Of a DNA stretch of 64,000 bases, positions 49,602 to 61,830 are shown one piece after another (within the stretch, counting starts at the first letter, position 1; the number at the start of each line of letters is the position of its first letter). Position numbers and translations under genes: made by a program. This DNA is from Phoronis australis (Eukaryota > Animalia > Phoronida), in assembly GCA_002633005.1 (NCBI GenBank), contig NMRA01000422.1:264282-328281 (forward strand), given 5' to 3'. A model generated the notes under the pieces. That model ran no database searches, was not told where the DNA came from, and worked only from the letters and a program-made list of their open reading frames with translations.

Positions 49602-51221
49602 AGGAGAATGCCACCCGATTTAATTAGTCTTTTTTACCATCTTAATCGGTCTATATCCACATCGCCTCTTAGACGGTCGACCTCACCTTGCCGAGAGGTG
49701 TCGCGTTAAACTATGAGGAAGGTGAGAAACGGTGCAGCGACGTCAGTGGTTCGTCTGCAGAGTGAATGTCGCTATATTGCGGTGCATTGATCCCGCTTGT
49801 CCGAACTATGAAGCTGCGAAGAAAGCGGGTATATCATTTTTCGACTTCCTCGAGAGCCCGAAATGCTTAGCAAGTCGCTCGCGGTAGTGAAGAATGAAAG
49901 GTAGGCTACGTTAATAGCAAGTATGAGGCCGTGAAACATCTCCGTGTCTGTGGCCGGCGTTTCGTCGACAGTAATTTTTCTGACGAATTCCGTCTTACCA
50001 AAGAACTATGCATTCATTCCGTTACCTGTGCATGTTCACGGCGCCTCTCTAGTATTCCTTGATCAGTGCATTCCGGTTCGATATGATAGCCTGTGAAACC
50101 TATAACGATCCGACCCGTGAAGTCTTCGTCGGATGAACTCTTGACTAACTAATGATTGTATGAAACTGAAACAAAGTCTGTCTCATTAGATACAATTTGT
50201 AATGCCTTGGAGTTCTCGTGAGTGCAAATGTTTTGAGAAGCCGGCAATGAATAAACCACTGCGTTACCCGGCCGGCTTTTGATGCCGGCAACAAAGGCAA
50301 TTGATCAGGTACCGAGGCCGTGTGAGCGCATGCTAATTCAGTGTTTGCTGACAGAAAACTGTTGTGAAACAATTACTCGATTTTATATGCTATGGACACA
50401 TATTAGGGGAATCTTTATTTACAAATACAAAATTAAAGTACATTATTCAAATCAACAACCTTTGCCCTAACGGTCTGTGGAAGGGGAACCCGACTTCGCG
50501 GCCCCCGACAAGTACAGTAAGTAGATTTTCAGTTTCGTGGCTAATTCACCAATTGCGCGCCCATTTTTTCTTTGGTCCACTCTTGTAGTCTTTTTATGAC
50601 TGGAGGCTTAGTTTCCAACTCAAGCTGGTTAATGTTCGTGCCAGTCCCGGCGGCTGCGACGGGCCCGATCGGGTTCCGAGCCACTGGCTGGGATAACGAG
50701 TCAGTCCGGCCGCGACGGACCTGATCGTGTTCCGAGCCACTGGCCGGGATAATAAACCTTTTTGTGTGTTTAGAACTAAAAATATCACAAGTATAAACAA
50801 CACAGGTCTAGATTCTGCTGTCTATATTTCACGGAAGAATACTTTGACTTTATCTCCGAACAGACCCCAAACTCCTGCCACGGACCTTGGTAAATTGTAG
50901 TCTACGGTGTGTCCAAATACCAGTAAATCTGTAACAGCGAAATAAAACAACACGTATTATAAGAACTCGGTGTATTTTTTAGGGTTCTACATCGAAGTTT
51001 GATGATTTATTGGTGTTAAACTATGAAATCAAGCGATAAGATGACACCAGTAACCCGTGTTGTGAACTGCTGAACAGACTGCGTGTAAAACCAATTACGT
51101 CATTGGATAATTTCAACACATCCGTCTGCCGTCAGGTAACGCAGCCGAACGTGCCGTTATGGAGTAGACCTATTCGATCTAAATTGATACAAAATAGGTT
51201 GTTTTTGGGTGGCATTCTCCT
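49602..51221 (-). mobile_element. Non-autonomous Kolobok-like element, full-length inverted sibling of 15384-17031
   Basis: TTAA|AGGAGAATGCCACCC...GGGTGGCATTCTCCT|TTAA; colinear reverse-complement similarity throughout. Confidence 0.85.
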
Positions 51222-51259
51222 TTAAACCTACTGCGTACGTAGTAAAGTAGGGTGTTCAA

Positions 51260-51993
51260 TAGAAATGCTGATTTACACCAGTGTGCTGAAATAGAAAAAT
51301 GTAGGAGATATAACATTTTGAACGTTAGATGACGTTTGCACTAATTGACCCTATCCGGTGCATTATAAGCATCTTTTAGAGAATTATTGCAAAGCCCGTG
51401 AAATGTGTGCTTAATGCTGAGAATCACAGTTGTCTAACGGTTGACACATCAGAATACTAGGTGAATGAAAAGGTCAAATTTTCAGAAGAAAAATGCACCT
51501 AATGACCCCTTGTTTACACTAAATAACCCAAATCTTTGGATTCCGAATTGAATTACATGTGCCAATCAGACCTGTTAATTTGAAGTGTCTAGCTCAAAAT
51601 CTTAGTTTGCACCTAATGACTTTTGACCTGTTTCACCTGATTTGATGGACGACCCGATTACTTAGAAAAGTAACATTTTAAATTGCCTGATTGACTTATA
51701 CCTGTGTACCGAATTTGAAAGGAATAGCTTTTAAAATAAAGAAGGAGTAGCATTTTGAAAAATTGCACCAAACGATCTCTTCCGGTGCCGATATGGAATA
51801 GGATTATATAACGAATCAAAATTTATGTACTGTCAAAAGTCATATGCTGATTTTAATGACTGTACCTGCACCCAATTTGGAGTTATTAAGCCTCAAAATT
51901 GGTCGGAAGAAGAATGAGAAGAATAAGAATAGGAAGAATAAAATTGAAGAAAACCCAGGAACAACAGTACTCTGCGCTTGCACGCACAGAGTA
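51260..51993 (+). mobile_element. Second HINE-like element (internal tandem units, AAG-rich tract, terminal hairpin)
   Basis: Repeated TGCACCTAATGAC and CCAATTTG/CCGAATTTGAA motifs, then an (AAGAAT)n tract, then hairpin TACTCTGCGC-TTGCAC-GCACAGAGTA. 5' end approximate. Confidence 0.55.
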
Positions 51994-51994
51994 T

Positions 51995-52922
51995 CATTGT
52001 TACTGTACAACCTTTGCCCTGACGGTCTGTAAAAGAGGAACTCGACATCGCGGTCCCCAACAATTAGTAAGTAGATTTTCAGTTTCGTAGCTCATTCACA
52101 TAGTAAATAATTAGGTGCACACTATTTCTTTGGCTCACTAATATAGTCTTTTTCGTGACTGGAGGTTTAGTTTCCAACTCAAGCTGGTTTATGTTCGTGC
52201 CAGTCACTGGGGCCGCGACGGGCCTGATCGGGGTTCCGAGCCACTGTCCGGGATAACGAGTCAGTCCGGCCGCGACGGGCCTAATCGCGTTCCGAGCCAC
52301 TGGCCGGGATACTGAACGAGTCAGTCCGGCCGCGACGGTTCTGATCGGGTTCCGAGCCACTGGCCGGGATACTGAACGAGTCAGTCCGGCCGCGACGGGC
52401 CTGGTCGGGTTCCGAGCCACTGGCCGGGATAACAAGCGTTTTGTGTGTTTAGAACTAACAAAATCACAAGTCTAAACAATAAAGATCTAGGTGCTCCTGT
52501 CTGTATTTCAGGGAAGAATACTTCGAATTTATCTCCGAACAGACCCCAAACTCTTCGGCTACGGACCTTGGTAAATTGGCCTGACGAACTTAGTAGGCTA
52601 CGGTGCGTCCAAATACCAATAAATCCGTAACAGCGAAATAAAACATGTTTTTATAAAAACTCGGTGTATTTCTAAAGGGTTTACACCGAAGTTTGATGAT
52701 TTATTGGTGTTAAACGATGAATTCAAGCAATAAGCTGACACCAGTAACCCCTGTTGTAAACTGCTGAACAGACTGCCTGTGAAACCAATTACGACATTGG
52801 ATAATTTCAACACCTCCGTCTCCCGTCATGTTTCAGGTAACGCAACCGAACGTGCCGCTGTCGAGTAGAACTAGTCGATCTAAATTGATACAAATAAGTT
52901 GTTTTTGGGGTGGCATTCTCCT
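51995..52922 (-). mobile_element. Partial third copy of the Kolobok-like family with an expanded ~60-bp internal tandem repeat
   Basis: Ends GGGTGGCATTCTCCT|TTAA. Unit AACGAGTCAGTCCGGCCGCGACGGG...TTCCGAGCCACTGGCCGGGAT occurs ~4x here (52210-52432) versus ~2x in the full-length copies. Confidence 0.8.
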
Positions 52923-53174
52923 TTAAGTACAACACAAGCAGTTGAAACGCTTTAATTTTACAGTTTAGTGTGCATAGTAAGCTTAAGATGTTTAAAAACT
53001 GCGTTTCACCCTGCTTAGCTGGCTAGGCATTTAATGACTAGGCATTTAACTCTTGCAAAACCGGTCTCAAAAGTCCCTGACCATGATAGGACTAAAACGT
53101 ACATCATCCTGAGACAGGTCAATGGAAAATCGTCCAATTTTATTAGAGTTAGTCAACCCCGAAATTAGTATATG

Positions 53175-53962
53175 AAGGTACCTAAACTACACGGTTAATG
53201 AACTCCTAAACATGACTCACGGCGAACCTGCAAACACCGTTCACTGACTCACATACAGGGGTTGGACTCACGAAACACGATCCATTCACCCACGGACACA
53301 CATCCACGTAGAAACACAGTAAACGGACCGCCAAACATGGTTGACTCTAATAAAGCATACCGAGTACACGGTCACGGATTCATCAGTTTCTAAGGTAGGT
53401 AGATCAAAATAGTGGTGATTATTACTACACAGAAAGGAAATTGATCAACTTTGATGTATTTGGCAACACCTTCAAAAATCTTGATTTTAGTACAGAAATA
53501 CAATATGAGCAAACCATAGACGATTATTTCAGTCATGCTATAATCCAACTTAATAGTAAACAGATGACAAACCTCATAACCACTGTCAAAATTGAGAATT
53601 GATGTTACAAACATGTTTGGAACGCCAGAGCAGTTTAAATAGTTTTTAATCTATCTACATTACAACAAATGCATCACATTACAAACAAACATATGATCTA
53701 AAATGCATTGAGTCTCGCAAACATTACGCAGCTGTAGAAGCCGACTTCCACATTTTATCTGTAAACCGTGTTTGGCAGTCCCTGTACCGTGTTTCTATGT
53801 GATTGTGAGTCCGTGACCTGTGAATTTTGGTTGAATTGATCGTGTTTTGTGAGTTCAATTCCGTGTATGTGTGTCAGTGAGCGGTGTTCGCAGGTGCGCG
53901 AGTCGTGTTTTGTGTCGGACACCATGTTTGAGAGTCCGTTAACCGTGTAGTTTAGGTACCTT
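53175..53962. mobile_element. Foldback MITE with ~200-bp TIRs
   Basis: AAGGTACCTAAACTACACGGTTAA ... TTAACCGTGTAGTTTAGGTACCTT is a perfect 24-bp inverted end, and degenerate pairing extends inward (53175-53340 vs 53760-53962). Confidence 0.85.
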
Positions 53963-55569
53963 GTAAATAACGTTAAGGAATATATTTAAAAATAGACCAG
54001 TCACGTGACAAATATCAGCTGATGGTTTTGGGTCTCTGTTTAAGATCGATACCTTAATAGCTCCAGCAAAAGCGAGCAAAATGCGTCTTTATCTCCAGTC
54101 CATTATTTTTGACCTATAACAGCACAAAGTCACTTTTTGTCGATCGTTTTTAGAATGTGTTTGTGCTCTGGAAGTCGCAGGTCATGCACTTGTGTAATAA
54201 AGCAACATCTTTATTGGGTAGTCTGCTATAGAAAACGCAGATATAAGTTATTAACCATGATCAGTTTCTTGGTTATTATTTCTTCAGTACAGTGGCGAAA
54301 ATCTTAGCCCTTATCCTGCGCATGTTTAGAGACGGATCAGGCAGAGGGTGATAAACTCCATCTCACAGATTCTCTTGATATTTTTTCTGTGTGCTGACCC
54401 AGGCCCCAGACTTCAGAGCACCTTTATTTTTCCAAAACACCCCATTTTGGTTACCATGGATACCATTTGTTTCTGCCCAGTTTTGAGCCTGGCGACAGTT
54501 GAGTTTTAGTAAAATTTAAAAACCTAGCTCGAGCAGTGGAAACACTGAACCTGTGTTACTGATCAGGTGTAACCGCCCTCTACTATATTCCTGCAGGTTT
54601 GACAGATTTCGGTAATTCGTTGTCTATTTATAGAGCCGCGTAATTTTAGTGATTTTTGCAGCGGTCAAAATTGGCTAAATTCGCCTGTCGGTATCTCAGC
54701 TGGCAGAAATCTCAAAACATTCTAGTACAAACCAACCTGTTGACCTAACTTAGATCTACTAACAAAAAAATGTCTGGTGCTAACAGGTTTCATGCCACTT
54801 CAAGTCGAAAGTGAGTGGTGGTAAGGCCATTTCACCAAAACGAGTAGTGCCGACAAACCTCCACAAAATGAATATATGGTACTGATTGGCACAAAGACTG
54901 AGAAACAATATCAGCATTTATCAAAAAATCATACTTTTTAGGCCCCAAGGGTACTCTATTTTATTTCTCAAAGGCTCTCGTAGTCTTGAAATTGGGGTAA
55001 ATGTACTTACCAAACAAAGAGCAGTAGTTTTGGTCGAAATTAAATGTCTCGCTGGTTTTTCAAAGCTCAATTATTCTGAACGGCACGGCCAAAAATACGA
55101 ACATATCCGAGGAGCCCATTTTATATAGCGTTTTCCTTCAAAATTGTGTTTGTCCCTCCTCTCTTGCAACTTTCTAAATTTCAGTTGCATAAAAATATCA
55201 TTTATTAAAGGTTTTATCCGTGGTTGTCGATTAACAACGTAGTTACTTTCTGTGAGTTAGCTCTGGAGTGGGTTTGAATAAACGTTATTTTTTGTGGAAT
55301 CTTCAAGAGATTTTGACCAAGAGCGTTGAAAGCAGAGGACAGTGTCAGGTTGGGAGATTCGTTGGCAATCACAGTTAAAGGCAAAAGTGCTGGTATCCAG
55401 AGTTCCGTGGACGTTATATGGCCGTTAGTATCCTATTAACTTCACATTTTGTCGTGGTGTGGCTATTGTTATCTCTTCGCTGTTTGTATACAATGCGTAG
55501 TGACTGACACAAGTGAGAAATTGTAAAGTTTCAAGAAGCAACATTGTACCGGCTGCCAGGTCATTCGAC

Positions 55570-57400
55570 CAACAGCTGACTGACAAGATGGATATGAACG
55601 GCAGATTATCATGTGTGTTTGCACTCAGAATCTGAGGTGGACAGAACAGTATGAGACAAGCCAGTGAAGTAAGCAATTTTCCAAAAAAGAATTCCAAGTG
55701 CATTTTAGAAAATATTTGAATACTACGATACGACCAGCTTACTAATTTTAAACTGTTAGGACTTTCATCAATCGTCTCCTAATCAGCCTGACTGCTGCTT
55801 GAGGTCGCCATTGTTTTGTTTACATAAAAGGTCAAATGTTTCGTTTTCCTTATAACGAAAATGTGCTAAGTCTATGTCTCGCCACACCATGCCCTTTGGG
55901 AGAAAAATCGAGGAAGTGAAGAGCAATAAACAGATCATCTTGTTTGAAATTTGAAACTAGAAGCAAAATGCTTGGACTTCAACAGAACTTCAAAATCTTT
56001 TACTAGCAAACTGTAAAATACATGGTGAACAGGTTGCATTCTGTTTTTGGTGGCAGAGAACCACTTTCAGTAATGCAATTTTGTTTTTGCCTGCCAAGCC
56101 TCTTTAATGTCCACCATTATTTTATTTATATCGGATGAAATCATATTTCTGTCTGACATAAGTCAGCCAATAATGATTGTCAATACTTTGATTGATTATT
56201 TGCAAACTCGTTGCACAGTGCTAAAAATCCTGCCATGTATCGTTTTTTAAATTGATTCATTTTTGCATGATAAGCCATTAAAACTATTTTTATAGAAAGT
56301 TAAAATAAAGGAAAACGAAATGATAACTTAGAGAAAAGTAACATTTTTTTTCTCAAAAAATACTGCTGTTGCCCTGCAAACTCTACTCGCAAGTGTTCAC
56401 AGTATTGAAACTCAGTCTTGCACTTTAGTTCCGTGCTTTTCTCACAAGGCGGAGCCACCGTAAGGTATTAAATTGTGTTGGCTGACAAAGAAATACTCAC
56501 CGACGTATTTGTGTTTGGTGTTTTCACTTTAATCTGTTTGGACTGATAACTTCGTTTTGAAATGTCTTCTGTAAAATTATGAAAAGAATGAAATCTGCAT
56601 CAATAGGACAGTGCCGTGGAAATCTTCTTTCTGAGCTCAGTCTTCACACATTTGGCCACTGTGAAAGAGGAGTTGTTTCGTGGTCTGTCATATGCATCTG
56701 TTTCTAAACGCCGTGATTTATTATTTAATTATAACGACGCCGACGACGACGACAACGACAACGACGACGCTGACGATAATAATATTAATTACTGTTCTTT
56801 TTATTATTATTCATTATATTTATTATTTATGTGTTACAAACATTATTTTTTTTGTACTTATGTGAGAGTGGTAATTCTGCATGCTTTATGATTTTCATCA
56901 GGTCTCTGAATGAATTTGGAAATATTCCGCGACCCGCTTAGGCCGACGTACATGTACCTTACAATGAACGGAACGTGCACGCTAACAACCAGGCTGGTGC
57001 AAGTATTGTCTGCTACGACAATAAAGCATTTTCTGGAAAGCTAAATGATTATCCCAAGGGTGCCGATGTGGGCAGTGCACCTGTTTACGAAGGAACCGAC
57101 CTGACTGAACAGACTAGAGAAAAGGATGGAGCTGCTTTTCCGTTACCAAACTTCAGTTATTCCCCAATCCCATACTGGCAATGAAGAGTATATATCTCTC
57201 AACTAAAATCTCCCTCGTTCGTACAGGTGTGGCGGTCAGAGGTACAAATATTGTCTGTTATCGGACAATACTCTTTTGTTTTCCACTCTGCAGTCCTGAA
57301 AATTCTGGATGAATATCAATGAGATTTGATCCCTGAAGGGCCTCACTTAAAGTAATGTAGGGCATTAGAAAGATGTACAAATTTGGAACAACATACCTCA
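55570..57400 (+). repeat. Segmental duplicate of the receptor's last intron, last exon and 3' UTR (19475-21890)
   Basis: Colinear anchors TTCCAAGTGCA.TTTAGAA, TTTGAATACTACGATACGAC, GTGGCAGAGAACCA, GTTCACAGTATTGAAA, GCATGCTTTATGATTT, AACTAAAATC.CCCTCGTT. Confidence 0.9.
56902..57206 (+). pseudogene. Decayed copy of the cytoplasmic-tail exon
   Basis: Acceptor atcag retained. Reads SLNEFGNIPRPA* because the PPAY tyrosine codon has become TAG (56939-56941). Further indels follow; the original terminal AACTAA is retained. Confidence 0.9.
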
Positions 57401-58368
57401 ACAGTGGCTGATATGAATTTCTGTGATACTATAATTCATACATTGTTCTCCAAAATGAGGCTAAGAATTGTGATACTCCACATTTGTATGATGGGCTATG
57501 AGAAATGTGACTTTTGTGTTTTTATAAAAATTAAAAATTGCATAAATGAAAAACGAAACAACTCCGAAAACTCTAACTTCGTTTTTTGAGTTATCTTGAG
57601 CATTTATATCAAATAAAATTTGGTCAGGTTATTGATAGTGTTGTTTGTTGTGGATGTATCTATCTTGGATACGTGTCCCCTAATGGCAGATTGGTATCAA
57701 GCCACAAATAAAATTTTGCAGGCCATCTACGTTCAGAAAATGTATACTTTTTGATTTAATATAGATCTACATTGTTTATGTATAGTTGGTTAATTACACA
57801 GGTGTGTCGATAGGGTCCCATATAATGTAACTAGAGTTGTCTTTTCATGGAATGCATATTGATATTTTTACACTTGTGAAGTACATGTATGTATGCAGAA
57901 ATGACGAAGTGTCTTACATCTTGTTTTTACATTCGTTTGCATTGAGCAAACACAATTTAGCTTGACAAATATATGCGGGGACGTCAAGTTGCAATGTATT
58001 GTGGGATGTCTGTCATCCAAAGCACAATGAATTGAACCAATGAAATCAGATAATTTGCATGTACACATGTATTTCCCAACATGCGGTGTGGATGACAGAT
58101 CTGGAAATTCTGTACTCTAAAAATGTAAATGATTGACACTGGCTCTGTTTGGTAATTACGTATTTGCTAGTGTCGGTAAATAGCACATTTCATTTGCTTT
58201 AGATGACAAGTGGGCGTTATACATGTACATATTATCTTGACTGTGCTACCCATGATGTATAAATCTGTGAGGGCTTAATTTGTTTAAGTTTATAATCGTT
58301 AGACATCATGCCCCTATTGCTAAAATGGTGACACGCTAATACAGATGGCGATCTTGTTCATCAACGAT

Positions 58369-60278
58369 GTGTTGTACTTCAACTTGGAATCACAAGTGAT
58401 CTTGAGATTAACTTGCGACATCTAGTGTGCAACTGTTAACTGAAATTTCGAATGGTGGATATGAATTCGTTTGTCGTGAGTTATTGTTTCTGTTTTAATT
58501 ATTTTTATTGCCCATTCTGTATGTTATTCTGGTCTTAGTAATTGTTTCCAAAGGTGGTTTTACTAGGATGGTTGGATTTGTGACTGAGGGGATGAAATGA
58601 CTGGCAACCTGGGACCTTTGTAATGAAAAGAATTAAGATCATTAAGAGCTAGGATACAATGAATGTACCGTACTGAGAGGGGTTTTGCATTGAACAGTTA
58701 GTCATGCACCGTTGAACCTGCCACCTCACCCCCGAAAATGTTTGGTTCACCAAATGACGTTGTAATTAAAAGCTAATAAGCAATCATTCCAAGTTTAAGC
58801 AAGGGTGTGACTTGCTTAAACTAGGAATTGGGTAGAAAACAATTGAGAATGCATTCAGAGGGGTTCCAAACGTAATAGAAAACCCATTTATGACATACTG
58901 TAACCGGTCGGAGAATATTTGCTACACCACACGATTTTTTGTAAAGAAGAAATTAAATTATTCAAAGTTTAAGCCAGGGCGTGGCTTGCTTAAACTTGGA
59001 ATTGGTTACAAAAATTACGAAATGCATTCAGGAGTATTTCAAAAGTTATAGAAAATGCATTTACAACGTATTGCTACAAGTGAAATTATGTTTGCTTAAC
59101 CACATGATTTTTGTAAGGCAGAAACTGAATTATTCCAAGTTTAAGCGAGCCACGACCTTGCTTAAACTTGGAATTGGGTAGAAAAAAAACTACGAATGCG
59201 CTCAGAAGTGTTCCAAAATGATTAGAAAATGCATTTAAAATGTCTTGAAACCAGTTACCGAATGTTTGGTTCACTATGAGATTTGTAAAGCTGAAATTAA
59301 ATTATTCCAAGTTAAAGCAAGGGCGTATCTTGCTTAAACGTTGAATTTACGGATTAAAAAACTGCGAATGCGCTCAGAAGTATTCTAAAGGTAATAGAAA
59401 AAAGCATTTAAAATAAATTGCAACCAGTCAGAGAATGTTTGGTTCACCACGTGAGTTTTTATGAAGCAGAAATTGAGTTATTTCAAGTTGAAGCGAGCCA
59501 CGCCCTTGCTTAATCTTGATGTTGAGTAGAAAACAACTGCCAATTCATTCATAGGTGTTTCGAAAGCAATTGAAAATGCATTTACATTGTATTGCAATCA
59601 TTAATAGAATGTTTGGTTCACATCGCGAATTTTTAGAGAAGAAATTGAATTATTCTAAGTTTAGGGAACCAGTGTAGCTTGCTTAAACTCGGAATTAGGT
59701 AGAAAAAACTGCGAATGCGCTCATAAGTGCTCTCAAATTTAAAATGTATTGCAGCCAGTTAGAGAATGTTTAATTCTCCCCTTTATCAAACGTCAACCAG
59801 GCACTAATTTCAAACACCCAGCTTTATTTTTATATTGGAATAGGCAGCAACACAGAAATAATACGACTCAAATGATCACCGTAGCCGTAGGGCTACATGT
59901 ATGACCTTGAATGCCCGGTGCATTACTGAGGGACATGTAATCACAATACAGTCCTTAAGTGATTCTTTATTCCAGTCCCTCGGTACTAACCAGTATTCAT
60001 AACCAGGCCACGGAAGCTTTATCTCAATTTTTTAGAAATCTTTTCTCTCCGTAGCCTACCGTTTCAGTAACGATTTCAGCCCAAGCGCCTTGTTCTGTGA
60101 TTGTGTGCCAGGCAGCCGCTTAATTCCAAGCTCACGCAAGATTCCAAGTTCACGTACGGGGTTTGGCAGTTTGCGTAATCTCAAGATCACTTGCTTGATC
60201 TTGGAATTCCAAGTTCACGCAACACTCACTTCCGCTTATTCTTGAGATTAAGCAGGATTCCAAGTTGAAGTACAACAC
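58369..60278. mobile_element. 1.9-kb non-autonomous TIR element with 3-bp TSD carrying an internal satellite array
   Basis: GAT|GTGTTGTACTTCAACTTGGAATC ... GATTCCAAGTTGAAGTACAACAC|GAT: perfect 23-bp TIR. The paralogous site near 24950 is empty (TTCATTAACCATGAAGT). Confidence 0.9.
58735..59770. repeat. Six tandem ~173-bp monomers, each with a ~41-bp inverted-repeat core
   Basis: Core TTCCAAGTTTAAGCAAG-N7-CTTGCTTAAACTTGGAA near 58787, 58961, 59133, 59305, 59481 and 59653. Confidence 0.9.
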
Positions 60279-60279
60279 G

Positions 60280-61371
60280 ATGAAGTTTTTAACAATTTAG
60301 TCCTGCTTACATCCAGAGCTTTGTCTAGAAACTGAGAGTCATATACGATTAATCTTGAGTCCACACGTTTTGTCTGCCAATGGTCTGCAACTACTGTATG
60401 CAGTAAAGTGCAAAGTCGTGGTTTCCGTGTGTTTACCCAATATAGATGACCATTTGACGAGTAGCGTCAAAAGCCTGTTATACGATCGATGCATTTAATG
60501 TTCAGACTTTCGAAATACTAATGTATTCCATTTACTTTGATTTGTAAATATAAATGTTTACATAGAATTCAATTTTTCCTGTTTTAGATGTCCCAACAAC
60601 CAGAACCAAAAATCCCATAAACTTGAAGACTCTTTTCTAAACCTTTTCTGGTACAGACATTCTTCTTGGAACGTGAGAAGTCAGCCAACAAAAATACATA
60701 ATCATTTTGACTAGACGGCTTCTAATGGTTGTCATAGGGATTACCTCGAGTAGCTTAGCAACGAAGCCTGGCCCTCTTTTATGCCCTACAATAATTGTAT
60801 TTTTTTGTAATGGATTATATTTTTAAGAGAGAATGTACAAGGTGAAGATCAATCTATCAGTACTTAACGACATCAATCAAAATGAGAAATCAAGTCATCA
60901 CTGACTACAGAACACATGGCACCCCTAATAACAAAAGCATAAAGTCGTCACGCTATAGTCACGCGAAGTCAACTCTAATACGTGACTTAAGGCGACCAAA
61001 AACCCACTTCTGATTGTGCCACTACGCACAACCATCCAATCAAAAAGATTCCTGAGATTTCAAATGGCATTCCCGATGAGTTCACAAGAAAGATGTAAAA
61101 CAGAGTCTTAAAAAGACCCACGCTAATATTTTCAGTAAAGCAAAATAGACTGTTGCGCCACGTCCTGTCAACTCGACAGGTTTTCTAAATTCAGCAGTTG
61201 GTAGTGCCTTTTCACACAAGGGGCGACGACAACGCAATCGACTCAGAAGATGCATGCATGACGTACAGTTTCATCATCAGCATTACAAAGACCAGATTTA
61301 GAGTCGGCACAGATGCTATGACGATAATCTCGGACTTGACCAGTAAGATGTCGTTGACAATCTTCCAAGCT
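60280..61371 (+). repeat. Segmental duplicate of ~24955-26030, including the - strand Tx1-like LINE fragment
   Basis: Shared TGGTTTCCGTGTGTTTACCCAATAT, TAGCAACGAAGCCTGGCCCT, GACGTACAGTTTCATCATCAGCA and TAAGATGTCGTTGACAATCTTCCAAGCT. 58280-58368 likewise matches 24865-24955. Confidence 0.9.
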
Positions 61372-61671
61372 TTCTCAATGGACAGGTTAAGTTACACAAA
61401 CTCTTCCACGCATCAAGTAGTGAACGAGCAAAACAGTAGTGGAATTGGCTTACATTAAACCATACACCAATGCAGAGTTTTGGTGGTGGGAACAAAAAAC
61501 AAACTGAGGGCAAGTCTCTACAAACTGTATCTATACATAGTGTAAATTAGAAGAACAGATAGCAACAAAACCCGAATGAGGAAAAATATTGGAAGCAAAC
61601 CCGGGTTCAATGAAACGAAAGGACAACCCGATTCAGTAGGTCGTGAAGTACCTTCACTTGAAACCCTCAGG

Positions 61672-61830
61672 CATGGGCGGAGCAGCATAGGAGTTGGGGG
61701 CGGGCCATAGCCCCCCCCTACTTACTTCAGTGCCTCAGCGCCCTTGTCAAGGTTTCAGGCAGCAATGCAAAGGCACCAAACTAAAAGCTTTGGGCTTCGT
61801 TACAACGTCAACACGTCCGTGGCCATAGCC
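61672..61830 (+). mobile_element. Degenerate relative of the 19490 MITE
   Basis: CATGGGCGG.GCAGCA...GCCATAGCCCCCC; right end unclear. Confidence 0.4.

Noticed and set aside
58735-59770. CRISPR or integron-cassette interpretation of the regularly spaced palindromes
   Set aside because: The sequences between palindromes are homologous to each other (tandem monomers), not unique spacers or ORFs.
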